Assembly: GCA_049591295.1 (NCBI GenBank)
Contig: JBAWEQ010000230.1
Location: 2,882-66,881 of the forward strand
Direction of reading: 5' to 3'
Source: Acidobacteriota bacterium
GTDB lineage: Bacteria > Acidobacteriota > UBA4820 > DSQY01
DNA: 64,000 nt
In this document: in pieces, positions 8,330 to 17,763 of the stretch
How the letters are laid out: every line of letters starts with the position of its first letter
Position numbering within the stretch: position 1 is the stretch's first letter
Program-made: the position numbers and the translations under genes
The notes under the pieces: model-generated
What the model saw: the letters and a program-made list of their open reading frames with translations, nothing else
What the model was told of the DNA's origin: nothing
Database searches by the model: none

Positions 8330-10282
8330 ATGGAGGCTCGAGATGAAGGCTGGGGAGTAGGCGTGGCTGGTGGAGGAGGGCCCGAGACGCGGAAATCCCT
8401 CTCCGAGGTGCACAGCAGCGTCCACGTGCCGTGGACCGGCAATCTGTTGCGCCGCATCTTCGCCGTGGCGGGTCCGGCATACCTCGTCAGCGTGGGCTAC
8501 ATGGACCCGGGGAACTGGGCCACGGACCTGGCTGCAGGGGCCCACTACAACTATGCCCTGCTCTGGGTGCTCCTCATGTCCAACCTGATGGCCGTGCTGT
8601 TGCAGGCCCTGGCGGCACGGCTTGGCGTGGTGCGCGGCCTGGACCTGGCCCAGGCCTGCCGGAGAGAGTATCCACGCCCGGTGAACGCGGCCCTGTACGT
8701 GCTCTGCGAGATAGCCATCACCGCCTGCGACCTGGCGGAGGTCATCGGTTCGGCCATCGCGCTGAAGCTCCTCTTCGGCCTGCCGATGGTGTGGGGCGTG
8801 CTGATCACGGGGGCCGACACCTTCGCGCTCCTCTTCCTGAGCCACCTCGGGATCCGGAAGATGGAGGCCTTGATCCTCGGCCTCATCACGGTTATCGGCA
8901 CCGGTTTTCTCGTGGAGATCCTGTTGGCCAGACCCGAGTGGGGCGGCGTGGCAAGAGGATTCCTCCCGATCCTGCCCGACAAGGCGGCCCTCTTCGTCGC
9001 CATCGGAATGCTGGGGGCGACGGTCATGCCCCACAACCTCTACCTGCACAGCTCCCTGGTCCAGAGCAGGACCATCGGGGACACCCTGAAGGAGAAATGG
9101 CAGGCCATCAAGCTCAATACGCTGGACTCCGCGGTGGCCCTGAACATGGCTTTCCTCGTAAACGCCGCCATCCTCATCATGGCGGCGGCCGTCTTCTACC
9201 GCTCGGGGCACCGGGAGGTGGCGGAGATCCAGGACGCCTACCGTTTGCTGGAACCCATCCTCGGCGTGGCAGTAGCTCCCGTGGCCTTCGCGTTGGCCCT
9301 TCTGGCCTCAGGCCAAAGCTCAACCATCACGGGCACCCTGGCGGGCCAGATCGTGATGGAGGGCTTCCTCAACATCCGCATCGCGCCCTGGCTGCGGCGC
9401 CTCATCACGCGGCTGCTGGCCATCGTCCCCGCGGTCCTGACGCTCATCTACTTCGGCGAGCGGGGCACGGGCCCCCTCCTGGTCCTTTCTCAGGTGGTCC
9501 TTTCCCTGCAGCTCCCCTTCGCCATCATCCCGCTCGTGCACTTCGTCTCCGACAGGAAGCAGATGGGCGAACTGGCCATCGGCCGGCCCACGAAGGTCCT
9601 GGCGTGGGTCACGGCCGCCGTCGTGGTCGTTCTGAACGCCAAGCTGGTATCCGACTGGCTCGCGGAGTGGACCCACGCCGCGGGAGACCGGGCTCTCTGG
9701 ATCCTTCTGGTGGCCGTCCCACTCAACCTGGCCGTCGGCGGCCTTTTGCTGTACGTTACGGTCAAGCCTTGGGTGGGGGGCCTGGCTCGGCGTGCGCCAG
9801 CGGCCCCGCGGATGGGAGTGCACGCCCCCTCGGAGGGGTTGGACCTGGAGATGGCCGCCAGTCCGTACAAGAAGATCGCGGTTGCCCTGGACTTCTCGGG
9901 CCGGGACGGAGCCATCCTGAAGGAGACCCTGAAGATGGCCGGCGACGGTCGTCCGGAGCTGGCGCTCATGCACGTCGTCGAGAGTGCCGGGGCTCGGTTC
10001 CTGGGAAAGGACTCGGCTGACGAGGAGAGCCAGCACGACGCCGAGCGCCTGGAGGGCTACGCCGAGACGCTGAGAGCGAAGGGCTTCAAGGTAACGACGA
10101 AGCTCGGCAGGGGCAAGCCGGTGCCCGTACTGGCGGCCATGATCGAGGAGTTCGGGCCCGACCTGGTGGTCCTGGGCGCCCACGGCCACCGCTTCTTGCT
10201 CGACCTCTTCCTCGGCTCCACCGCCGACGCGCTCCGCCACCGCATCCAAACCAGCGTCCTCGTGGTCGGCAAGGGACGCTGA
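8330..10282 (+). CDS. NRAMP-family divalent metal (Mn2+/Fe2+) transporter fused to a C-terminal universal stress protein (UspA) domain
   Basis: 650 aa. N-terminal ~450 aa carry NRAMP signatures (GYMDPGNWATDL, MPHNLYLHS). C-terminal ~140 aa are a UspA fold (KKIAVALDFS...LVVLGAHGHRFLLDLFLGSTAD...VLVVG). GGAGG 6 nt before the ATG. Confidence 0.85.
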   Translation: MEARDEGWGVGVAGGGGPETRKSLSEVHSSVHVPWTGNLLRRIFAVAGPAYLVSVGYMDPGNWATDLAAGAHYNYALLWVLLMSNLMAVLLQALAARLGVVRGLDLAQACRREYPRPVNAALYVLCEIAITACDLAEVIGSAIALKLLFGLPMVWGVLITGADTFALLFLSHLGIRKMEALILGLITVIGTGFLVEILLARPEWGGVARGFLPILPDKAALFVAIGMLGATVMPHNLYLHSSLVQSRTIGDTLKEKWQAIKLNTLDSAVALNMAFLVNAAILIMAAAVFYRSGHREVAEIQDAYRLLEPILGVAVAPVAFALALLASGQSSTITGTLAGQIVMEGFLNIRIAPWLRRLITRLLAIVPAVLTLIYFGERGTGPLLVLSQVVLSLQLPFAIIPLVHFVSDRKQMGELAIGRPTKVLAWVTAAVVVVLNAKLVSDWLAEWTHAAGDRALWILLVAVPLNLAVGGLLLYVTVKPWVGGLARRAPAAPRMGVHAPSEGLDLEMAASPYKKIAVALDFSGRDGAILKETLKMAGDGRPELALMHVVESAGARFLGKDSADEESQHDAERLEGYAETLRAKGFKVTTKLGRGKPVPVLAAMIEEFGPDLVVLGAHGHRFLLDLFLGSTADALRHRIQTSVLVVGKGR

Positions 10283-10458
10283 GCGGGGGAGCGGAGCCTC
10301 CCATTCCACCGGTATCCCAATTGCCTTCGATTCATCAGGGCCGGGTCGTGGAGAGGCAGCCCCGCGGATGGCGGGACTTGAAGGGGGACTCGGGGCTAGT
10401 GTCCTGTCTCATTGGTTCCTTGAACAAGCTTGGGCGGTGTGACAGGACACGAAGGGGT

Positions 10459-10490
10459 GCGGGGAAGGCACTTCCCCGCTCTTTCGGGGT
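10459..10490 (+). terminator. Candidate intrinsic terminator (GC hairpin plus U-run) downstream of the NRAMP-Usp gene
   Basis: 9-bp stem gcggggaag/cttccccgc with a 3-nt loop, followed by TCTTTCGGGG. Lies about 180 nt after the stop, so the assignment is tentative. Confidence 0.3.
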
Positions 10491-10590
10491 AACAGCCTGC
10501 CGGAGGCAGGCGTCCTAGGGGCGGAGCCCCTTGGGAAGTGTGGCGTCTCTGGCCCAACCCAATGATTCAAGTTATTCCTGAGACGCCACA

Positions 10591-10890
10591 CTAGATCCCC
10601 AGGCCGCTGAGGGTGTCGACGACCTGTGCAACGGCCCAGGCGAGGTCGGGGTGGCTGGTCTCGAACAGGGCCATGGAGTCTTGCAGGCGCTCGCGCAGTG
10701 AGTGCTCGCGCTGGAAGGGGGGCTCGCCCGGGTTTTCAAGGAGCTCCCGGGTGTCCCGCATGAGGTCGCGAAGCAGCTCCCGGGTAGGCTCGTCGACGTT
10801 CCTGGCCTGCTGGAGCTGGTCGTGAAGCGCCTGAAGCTTCTCCCTGAGCTCCTCCGGGTTCTGAACGGGGACTTGCTTCTCGTCCGGCAT
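10591..10890 (-). CDS. DUF4404 family protein
   Basis: Start moved to the internal ATG (MPDEKQ...) because AAGGAGG sits 7 nt upstream; helical, charged ~100-aa protein matching DUF4404-like composition. Confidence 0.65.
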   Translation of the reverse strand: MPDEKQVPVQNPEELREKLQALHDQLQQARNVDEPTRELLRDLMRDTRELLENPGEPPFQREHSLRERLQDSMALFETSHPDLAWAVAQVVDTLSGLGI

Positions 10891-10959
10891 CGAAGGCCTC
10901 CTTTTCCTGTTCAAGTATGAGGCCTCGGAGCCCCGGGAGCCAGCACCGGCCTGGTGCCT

Positions 10960-13377
10960 CTACATCAGGACGTAGGGATCCACCTCCACCAGCATGTCGC
11001 GTCCGCTGTGCGGGCCGAGGGGGCCGTCCAGGAGGCCCGCGAGAAGAGTCTGGAGGCGCCTGCGCTCCCGGCTCCTCAGAAGGATGTGCTTGCGGTAGCG
11101 CCCCTCCAGGCGGGGGATGGGAGGGTCCACCGGGCCGAGGAGCCTGACCTCGCGGTCGGCACAGGCGCGCAGGTGCCGCTCGGCCTGGCGGGACAGGTCC
11201 TCGACCTTGGCGGGGTCGGCGTGGCGGAACTCGATCCGCGCCAGGGCCGCGGCGGGAGGGTAACCCACTGTTTTCCTGTACCGGATGTCCTTCTCGTAGA
11301 AGCTCACGAAGTCGTGGGTGGTGGCGGCCTGGACGGCGTAGTGCTCCGGATGGAAGGACTGGAGGACCACCCGGCCGGGAAGGCGGCCCCGTCCGGCACG
11401 GCCGGCGGCCTGCGTGATGAGCTGGAAGGTGCGCTCGGCGGCCCGAAAGTCGGGCAGCCCCAGCAAGAAGTCGGCGGAGAGGATGCCCACGAGCGTGACG
11501 TTGGGGATGTCGTGGCCCTTGGCCACCATCTGCGTGCCCGCCATGACGGAGATGCGCCCGGCCTCGAAGTCCCGCCAGAGTGTGTCGAAGGCCCGGGCGG
11601 TCCTCACCGCGTCGCGGTCCATGCGGGCCACCCGCACGCCGGGGAGAGCCTGTGCCACGGCCTCCTCGACCTTCTCCGTGCCCTCGCCCAGAAACTGGAG
11701 GATCTCCCCCCCGCAGAAGGGGCACTGCTGGGGGATCGGGATCTGGCGGCCGCAGTAGTGGCACTTGAGGTGAAGGGCCTTGCGGTGGAAGGTCATGGCC
11801 ACCGCGCAGGCCTCGCACTGGATGGTCCGTCCGCACTGCCGGCACAGGACGAAGGTGGCGTATCCCAGCCGGTTCCTCAAGAGGACCGCCTGGCGGCCCT
11901 GGGCGAGCTCCTCCTGGAGCGCCCCGGCGAGGGCCCGGGACAGGGTCGTCTTGGCGCCCGTGGCGCGGAACTCCTCCCGCATGTCCACGACCTGGACCGG
12001 AGGCAGGACCGCCGTTCCGGTCCGTTCGGGCAGGGTGAGCAGGCTGTATTTTCCCGCCTCGGTGGCGTTGTAGTAGGACTCCACGGAGGGGGTCGCCGAG
12101 CCCAGGACCACGGGGACTCCGGCCAGCATGGCCCGAATCACCGCCATGTCCCGCGCGTGGTAGCGGGGGAAGTCCTGCTGTTTGTAGCTTCCGTCGTGCT
12201 CCTCGTCCACCACCACGAGCCTGAGGTCGGGCAGGGGAGCGAAGAGGGCCGAGCGGGGGCCGATCACCACCTTGGCGCCGCCCCTGGCCACGCGCAGCCA
12301 CTGCCGAACCCTCTCGTGTTCGGTCATGGAGGAGTGGAGAATGGCCACGGAGCTACCGAAACGCTCGATCAGGCGCCGCGCGAGAAACGACGCCAGCGAG
12401 ATCTCGGGCACGAGGTAGAGCGCCGTTCCACCGGAGGCCAGGGCCTCCTCCATGAGCCTCAGGTAGACTTCGGTCTTTCCCGATCCCGTGACGCCGAACA
12501 GGAGAAAGGCCCGGTGGCGGGCCTCGCGCAGACAGTCGCGCACGGCGCACACCGCCTCCTCCTGGGCGCCGTTGAGCACGTGCGGCGAGGCGCGGCCGGG
12601 GAGCCTCGCCGTGAGAAGGTCGAAGAGCTCCACCCAACCCGCCTCCGCCATCTCCGAGAGGACGTGCTGGGGAACCCTCGCGGCGTGCGCCACCTGGGAC
12701 ACGGTGGGAAAACCGCGCTGCTCGAAATTGAGGAGCGCCGAGAGGGTCTTGGCGAAGAATTTCGGCTGGCCCTGATCGGAAGCCATGGCCCGCGCCTCAT
12801 CGGGAGGTATCAGGAGGGCTACGCGGTCCTGCCCCGCATAGCGGCGGCGGGCAGTCCACTGCGTATGCTCGATCACCAGTTCCTGGCGCACCGCCTCCTG
12901 GACCCAGAGCGTCGCGGAGGGCCCGAGGAGCGCCCTTAGGGTCGCCAGGCTCCGGGGACCGCCGCGGAGGGCCTCTGCGAGCGGACCGAGGGTGTGGCCG
13001 TCCGGCAGATCGCAGCCGGGCACCCATTCGTAGCTGGAGCGGGCGGAGGGATCGAGCCCCGAGGGGTAGGCGCAGTGGAGGACCGACCCCCATGAGACCA
13101 GGTAGTAGTCGGCGATCCAGCGGGTCAGGGCCAGGATGTCGGGCGGAAGGAGCGGGCTTCGGTCCAGCACCTCTTCCAGGGGGCGGAGCGTCTCGGGCGG
13201 TGCGCTCCCCGGATCGTCCACCGCGATGCCGATGTGGTGGGTCCTGGCGAAGGGAACGCGCACCCGGCACCCGGGCCCGGGGACGGGCTGGCCGGCCGGG
13301 ACGGCGTAGGTGAAGGTGCCGCGGACGGGGATGGGGAGGGCGACCTGCACGCTGGGCCCCCGGGTCCCACCGGTCAT
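10960..13377 (-). CDS. priA: Primosomal protein N' (replication restart helicase PriA)
   Basis: Walker A GVTGSGKTEVY; DEEH box; C-terminal Cys4 zinc-finger cluster (CRQCG...CEAC...CHYCG...CPFCG). Start set at ATG 13377, overlapping the lpxK stop (ATGA coupling). The ORF-track N-terminal extension is in-frame read-through. Confidence 0.9.
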   Translation of the reverse strand: MTGGTRGPSVQVALPIPVRGTFTYAVPAGQPVPGPGCRVRVPFARTHHIGIAVDDPGSAPPETLRPLEEVLDRSPLLPPDILALTRWIADYYLVSWGSVLHCAYPSGLDPSARSSYEWVPGCDLPDGHTLGPLAEALRGGPRSLATLRALLGPSATLWVQEAVRQELVIEHTQWTARRRYAGQDRVALLIPPDEARAMASDQGQPKFFAKTLSALLNFEQRGFPTVSQVAHAARVPQHVLSEMAEAGWVELFDLLTARLPGRASPHVLNGAQEEAVCAVRDCLREARHRAFLLFGVTGSGKTEVYLRLMEEALASGGTALYLVPEISLASFLARRLIERFGSSVAILHSSMTEHERVRQWLRVARGGAKVVIGPRSALFAPLPDLRLVVVDEEHDGSYKQQDFPRYHARDMAVIRAMLAGVPVVLGSATPSVESYYNATEAGKYSLLTLPERTGTAVLPPVQVVDMREEFRATGAKTTLSRALAGALQEELAQGRQAVLLRNRLGYATFVLCRQCGRTIQCEACAVAMTFHRKALHLKCHYCGRQIPIPQQCPFCGGEILQFLGEGTEKVEEAVAQALPGVRVARMDRDAVRTARAFDTLWRDFEAGRISVMAGTQMVAKGHDIPNVTLVGILSADFLLGLPDFRAAERTFQLITQAAGRAGRGRLPGRVVLQSFHPEHYAVQAATTHDFVSFYEKDIRYRKTVGYPPAAALARIEFRHADPAKVEDLSRQAERHLRACADREVRLLGPVDPPIPRLEGRYRKHILLRSRERRRLQTLLAGLLDGPLGPHSGRDMLVEVDPYVLM

Positions 13378-14414
13378 GGCCCCGCTCCGACCAGCTTCCG
13401 CAGGATCCGATCCAGATGGCCGTCCGGGTCTTCCACCCTCGCCTCCAGGCGCGGGAAGAGGAGGGGAGCCGGACCCGGCCAGAGCGGCGCCCACTTCACG
13501 TGGTCCTTCTCGGTGGTCAGGACGGCGCGGGCGTGCGTCCGCTCAACCTCGTCGAGGAGGCGCTGGAGCCTGGAGCCGTCGGGACGCGCGTGGTCCGGCC
13601 AGGCCAGGCTCGCTTCGAGCCTCAGGCCGGCCTCCCGGGCCTGCTGGAAAAAGGCGCCCGGGTTGCCGATCCCGGCGAAGGCCACCAGGGGGAGGCCCCT
13701 TAACGCCTCCCAGGAGCCGAACGGAGAGGCGGGCTCGGGCGCGGAGACCCACTCGAAGCGCACGCCTGCGCGCGGGACGCCCTCCACCCGGGAGGCCAGC
13801 CGCGCGGGCAGGTCCGATATGCTTCCCCTGGTCACTACCACGAGATCCGCCCTCCTGGCCGCCCGCAGCGGCTCCCTCAGCCGTCCCACGGGCGGGGCGT
13901 GGAGGTCCTGCGGGCGAGAGGCGTCCACGAGGAGGAGATCGGCCTCGCGCCGGACGCGCACGTGCTGGAACGCGTCGTCCAGCAAAAGAACGTTGGCGCG
14001 GCCAGCGACAAGCGCCGCACCCTCCTCTCGCCGTTCGGCCACGGCTACGGCCACGCCCGGCAGGCTCCGGGCCAGAAGCAGCGCCTCCTCGCCCACAGCC
14101 TCGGGAGGGCTGTCGGGCGTCACCAGAGAGGCCCCGACGGTGGCGCGCCCGTATCCCCTGAGGAGCACGGCGGGTCTGAGCCCCATGGCCTGGAGGCGGC
14201 GGGCCAGGTGGATCGTGAAGGGGGTCTTGCCGGTTCCTCCGAAGGTGAGGTTGCCCACGGAGAGCGCAGGGAGCCCGAGGCTGACCCCTCGGCCGCGGCG
14301 GGCCATCAGGCTCGTCTTGGCAGCCGACATGGCCAAGAAGAGAGCCCCCAGAGGCCAGAGCGCATAGGCCCACGCGGGTGCTTTCTCCGAGATCCGGGAT
14401 TCTCCCTCCGCCAT
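13374..14414 (-). CDS. lpxK: Tetraacyldisaccharide 4'-kinase
   Basis: P-loop GNLTFGGTGKTP and LpxK-family C-terminal motifs; 346 aa. Confidence 0.85.
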   Translation of the reverse strand: MAEGESRISEKAPAWAYALWPLGALFLAMSAAKTSLMARRGRGVSLGLPALSVGNLTFGGTGKTPFTIHLARRLQAMGLRPAVLLRGYGRATVGASLVTPDSPPEAVGEEALLLARSLPGVAVAVAERREEGAALVAGRANVLLLDDAFQHVRVRREADLLLVDASRPQDLHAPPVGRLREPLRAARRADLVVVTRGSISDLPARLASRVEGVPRAGVRFEWVSAPEPASPFGSWEALRGLPLVAFAGIGNPGAFFQQAREAGLRLEASLAWPDHARPDGSRLQRLLDEVERTHARAVLTTEKDHVKWAPLWPGPAPLLFPRLEARVEDPDGHLDRILRKLVGAGP

Positions 14415-14487
14415 CGCAGCACCCCCGCGGCGCCGAGCGAGCGGGCGCCGCCGGCCTCAGGATACCGCACTTGAGGGCTGCTTAGGG

Positions 14488-15519
14488 TTACTCCACGATC
14501 CCGTCGCGGAGGGCGTTCAGGCTGTGTACGGGCACGGGGTGGAAGACGTCGCGCCAGGGGTTGTAGAGGGCCCGGTAGGAGAAGCCGTGGTTGCCCTGGC
14601 CGCCCATGGCCGTCCATCCCCGGAGCAGGTAGGGGCAGGCGTCATTGAAGCAGACGTACAGGTAGGGGACCTCCCATTCCGTGAAGGGGGTTTGGGGCAC
14701 GGCCCACTTGCTCATCTGCTCGCCGCAGTAGGGGCAGCGCAGGGTGGCTCGGGTCTCGCGCTTGCGGGATTCCACAACCTCGGGGGGAGGAAGGGGGACG
14801 GTCTCGAGTTCGGGATCGGGACGGCCGGGCCTGGAAGCGTCTCCTCCGCTCCGCTCGGCGTAGACCGCGTAGACCGGATCACTGGGAATTCCGCATCCGG
14901 CGTACTGGTCCTGGGCGGGCCTGGGAAGGCCCTTGGAGAGGAAGGTGCGGGGGCGCTGGAATCCCCCAGCCAGATGGAAGAACTCTTCAACGAGGCCCAA
15001 TCGGACCCCCTCGCTCGATTCCCGCCAGATCTTGACGGCCTTCGGGGGAAACATCCGGTTCGAAAAGACCACGAGGAAAAGCCCGCCTCGTTTCAGCACC
15101 CGGGCGACCTCCCGGAAAACCTCGACGGGCCGGGTCAGGTAGTCCACGGAAACGGTGTTCAGCACTGCGTCGAAGGTGCCGTCTGCGAAGGGCAATCGCG
15201 GGTCTCGGTTGAGGTCGTGGAGGAGGCGGGACGTGAGGGCGGGATTGTCCGCCATCTCTCTGCCGTTGAGGCCGAGCCCGACGACGCTGGAGGGGGCCAG
15301 GGCAGGAGGAAGATGGGAATCCAGGCTCGCCATGAGATCCAGAATGGCCGGGGCCTCCTCCACCACCAGGGTGCCGATGATCCTGGAGACGGTCCGGAGG
15401 GCCGTCTCGTCCAGGTGGCTCACCCGACGGGCCACGGCGTAGAACGCCGAATCGTCGGAGTCGTCCAGGCGCGAGAAATCGTCGGTTGTGAAGGGGTTCA
15501 TTTCTCTCGCTTCGTCCAT
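14488..15519 (-). CDS. Class I SAM-dependent methyltransferase with C-terminal Cys-rich (zinc-ribbon-like) domain
   Basis: SAM-binding motif VVGLGLNGRE/DAVLNTVSVDY; C-terminal CPYCG...CFNDACPY. Start moved to ATG 15519 (AAGGAGG 4 nt upstream). Confidence 0.75.
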   Translation of the reverse strand: MDEAREMNPFTTDDFSRLDDSDDSAFYAVARRVSHLDETALRTVSRIIGTLVVEEAPAILDLMASLDSHLPPALAPSSVVGLGLNGREMADNPALTSRLLHDLNRDPRLPFADGTFDAVLNTVSVDYLTRPVEVFREVARVLKRGGLFLVVFSNRMFPPKAVKIWRESSEGVRLGLVEEFFHLAGGFQRPRTFLSKGLPRPAQDQYAGCGIPSDPVYAVYAERSGGDASRPGRPDPELETVPLPPPEVVESRKRETRATLRCPYCGEQMSKWAVPQTPFTEWEVPYLYVCFNDACPYLLRGWTAMGGQGNHGFSYRALYNPWRDVFHPVPVHSLNALRDGIVE

Positions 15520-15640
15520 CGGACCTCCTTCTGCCGCCGCCGCCCCCCGCACCGCTTCCGGGGATTCGGATTGATCAGGGAAACCGAGGGTAGCGCCCCA
15601 AAATTTCGGATGGAGGGGGGAAGGGCCGGCTGGGCCGGCG

Positions 15641-16657
15641 TCAGATGCCGAGATAGCGGGCGTACAGGGCGCGGGCGCGGGCCGGGTCGCCGGTCTTCTG
15701 GATGAGGGCCCGGCCGTCCGGATAGAGGGTGACCGGGTGCCCCTCCCATTCGGTCTGGATCAGGTAGGGGTTCTCGAAGATGGGTCCGGCCGTGGCGAGC
15801 CTGGCCTTCACGGCCGCCAGGTCCAGGCGGGTTCCCTTGGGTGCCAGGACGAGAATGCCGTCACGACCGCAGACCCGGTGGGTCCGGCTCACTCCCCGCT
15901 CCTCCAGGAAGTCGAATCGTCCGGCTCCGCAGCACGGGCACGCGGGATCGCGCGGGACCTCGACCCGACTGAAGGACCAGGTTTGGAGGTCCACGGTCAG
16001 CAGACCTCCGGCCACGAGGTCTCCGCGCCCGGCGAGGAGTTTGAGGGCTTCGCCGGCCTGTAAGGAGCCCACCGCACCCACGGCGGGTCCTATCACGCCC
16101 GCCGTATCGCAGGTGGGCGAGGAGCCGGCGGGGGGCGGCGCGGGAAAGCAGCACCGCAGACAGCCCCTCTTCCCCGGTTCCACCACCAGCACGGAGCCGT
16201 AGCTGGAAACGGCCCCGCCGTAGACCCAGGGCTTCCCTGACTTCACGGCGGCGTCGTTCAGGAGATAGCGGGTCTCGAAGTTGTCCGTGCCGTCCACGAC
16301 CATCTCGCACCGGGCGAAGAGGTCCGTGGCCAGCTCGGGGTCCAGGTCCGCGCTGTGGGCCTCCACCTCAAGGTCTCTCCGGGCTTCCAGGAGATGGTTC
16401 TGGGCGGCCACGGCCTTGGGAAGGCGCCTCTCGCAGTCTTCCTCGGTGTACAGGAGCTGACGGGTCAGATTGGAAACTTCCACGAAGTCCCGGTCCACCA
16501 GGACTAGAGCCCCGACGCCGGCCCTGGCCAGGAAGGCCGAGGAGACGCATCCGAGGGCGCCCAGCCCCACGATCCCCACGCGGGCTCCGGCGATGCGGGC
16601 TTGGCCCGCATCACCAATCCACGGAAGGAGCCGCTGCCGGCTGAAGCGGTCGGTCAC
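15641..16657 (-). CDS. ThiF/MoeB/HesA-family E1-like adenylyltransferase with unrecognised ~95-aa C-terminal extension
   Basis: RFSRQ...GIVGLGALG nucleotide-binding motif; CxxC...CxxC zinc motif (CLRCC...CPCCG). Likely GTG start at 16657-16655, overlapping the rodA stop (GTGA). The first ~230 codons of ORF 15641..17359 overlap rodA in another frame and are rejected. Confidence 0.7.
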   Translation of the reverse strand: MTDRFSRQRLLPWIGDAGQARIAGARVGIVGLGALGCVSSAFLARAGVGALVLVDRDFVEVSNLTRQLLYTEEDCERRLPKAVAAQNHLLEARRDLEVEAHSADLDPELATDLFARCEMVVDGTDNFETRYLLNDAAVKSGKPWVYGGAVSSYGSVLVVEPGKRGCLRCCFPAPPPAGSSPTCDTAGVIGPAVGAVGSLQAGEALKLLAGRGDLVAGGLLTVDLQTWSFSRVEVPRDPACPCCGAGRFDFLEERGVSRTHRVCGRDGILVLAPKGTRLDLAAVKARLATAGPIFENPYLIQTEWEGHPVTLYPDGRALIQKTGDPARARALYARYLGI

Positions 16658-17763
16658 TGCGCGTACCTTCTCGAACGGACGTTGGCCGCCAGTCCCACGA
16701 AGAGGCTCATGCTGACCAGGAAGGAGCCGCCGTAGGAGAGGAAGGGGAGCGGGATGCCCGTGGTGGGCACGAGGCCGATGACCATTCCGATGTTGATCAG
16801 CACGTGGTACAGGATGACGGCGAAGGCGCAGAGGACGATGAACCGGCCTTCGGAATCCCGGGCTGCCGAGGCGGTGCTCAGGAACCTCAGCAGGAGCGAG
16901 AGGTAGAGCCCGAGGAGGGCCAGGGAACCCAGAAATCCAGTCTCTTCGGCCACTACGCCGAAGATGAAATCGGTGTGGGGCGCCGGAAGGAAATTGAGCC
17001 GGTTCTGCGTGCCCGAGTAGAGACCCTTCCCCAGCAACTCGCCCGAGCCCACGGCGATGCGGGCCTGGTTCACCTGGTAGCCGGCTCCCCTCGTGTTCGC
17101 GGTGGGGTGGATGAAGGTGATGATGCGGTCCTTCTGGTAGGGCTTGAGGAAGGTGAACCATCCCAGCGCCAGGAGCAGTACGAGCGTCAGGATCCCGATG
17201 GCGCACCATTTCACGATCTGAGTCAGGGGAAGGAAGCTGAGGTAGAGGGCTACCGCAACGAGGGGGATAAAGGTCGTGGCTGTCCCGAAGTCTGGCTGCA
17301 GTAGAGTCAGGAGCATGGGCAACCCGATGATCCCCGAGAGGATGCCGATCTCCCGCCATCCCATGGCCCTGCCCACGAGCTCCTTGATGAAGGCCGCTCC
17401 GGCGAGGGCTGCGGCGATCTTGGCAAACTCAGACGGCTCGAAGCCGATGGGCCCGATGTAGAGCCAGGACTTGTGGCCACCGACGTAATGTCCCAACACG
17501 GGCATCGAGAGGAGCACCACGACGCAAAGGCCGTAAAGCAGGTAACTGTACTCGACCCAGATTTCATAGGGGATCAGGAACGCCAGGGAAAACGCGCCAA
17601 AGGCAAGGACAGCCCAGAACATCTGACGGTTGCCGAGATAAGCGAAGCGCGTCCCGAATGTGGCCGAGCGCACCATCAAAACTCCAAAGATGAGCAGGGT
17701 CAGGTAGAGCGCCACGGTGACGAAGTCTCCGTAGGACACGGCCTCCCGAAGCGTCTTCTTCAT
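16654..17763 (-). CDS. rodA: Rod shape-determining protein RodA (SEDS family)
   Basis: 369 aa, polytopic, FtsW/RodA motifs; 4-nt overlap with mrdA upstream. Confidence 0.9.
   Translation of the reverse strand: MKKTLREAVSYGDFVTVALYLTLLIFGVLMVRSATFGTRFAYLGNRQMFWAVLAFGAFSLAFLIPYEIWVEYSYLLYGLCVVVLLSMPVLGHYVGGHKSWLYIGPIGFEPSEFAKIAAALAGAAFIKELVGRAMGWREIGILSGIIGLPMLLTLLQPDFGTATTFIPLVAVALYLSFLPLTQIVKWCAIGILTLVLLLALGWFTFLKPYQKDRIITFIHPTANTRGAGYQVNQARIAVGSGELLGKGLYSGTQNRLNFLPAPHTDFIFGVVAEETGFLGSLALLGLYLSLLLRFLSTASAARDSEGRFIVLCAFAVILYHVLINIGMVIGLVPTTGIPLPFLSYGGSFLVSMSLFVGLAANVRSRRYAQ

Noticed and set aside
10954-12939. 661-aa plus-strand ORF (and a 521-aa minus-strand ORF at 10736..12301 in another frame) overlapping priA
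   Set aside because: PriA on the minus strand has unambiguous helicase and zinc-finger motifs; the overlapping frames encode low-complexity G/R/A/P-rich sequence.
16658-17359. N-terminal 230 codons of ORF 15641..17359 upstream of the ThiF-like domain
   Set aside because: Lies inside rodA in a different frame with no similarity. The ThiF homology begins at the GTG overlapping the rodA stop.
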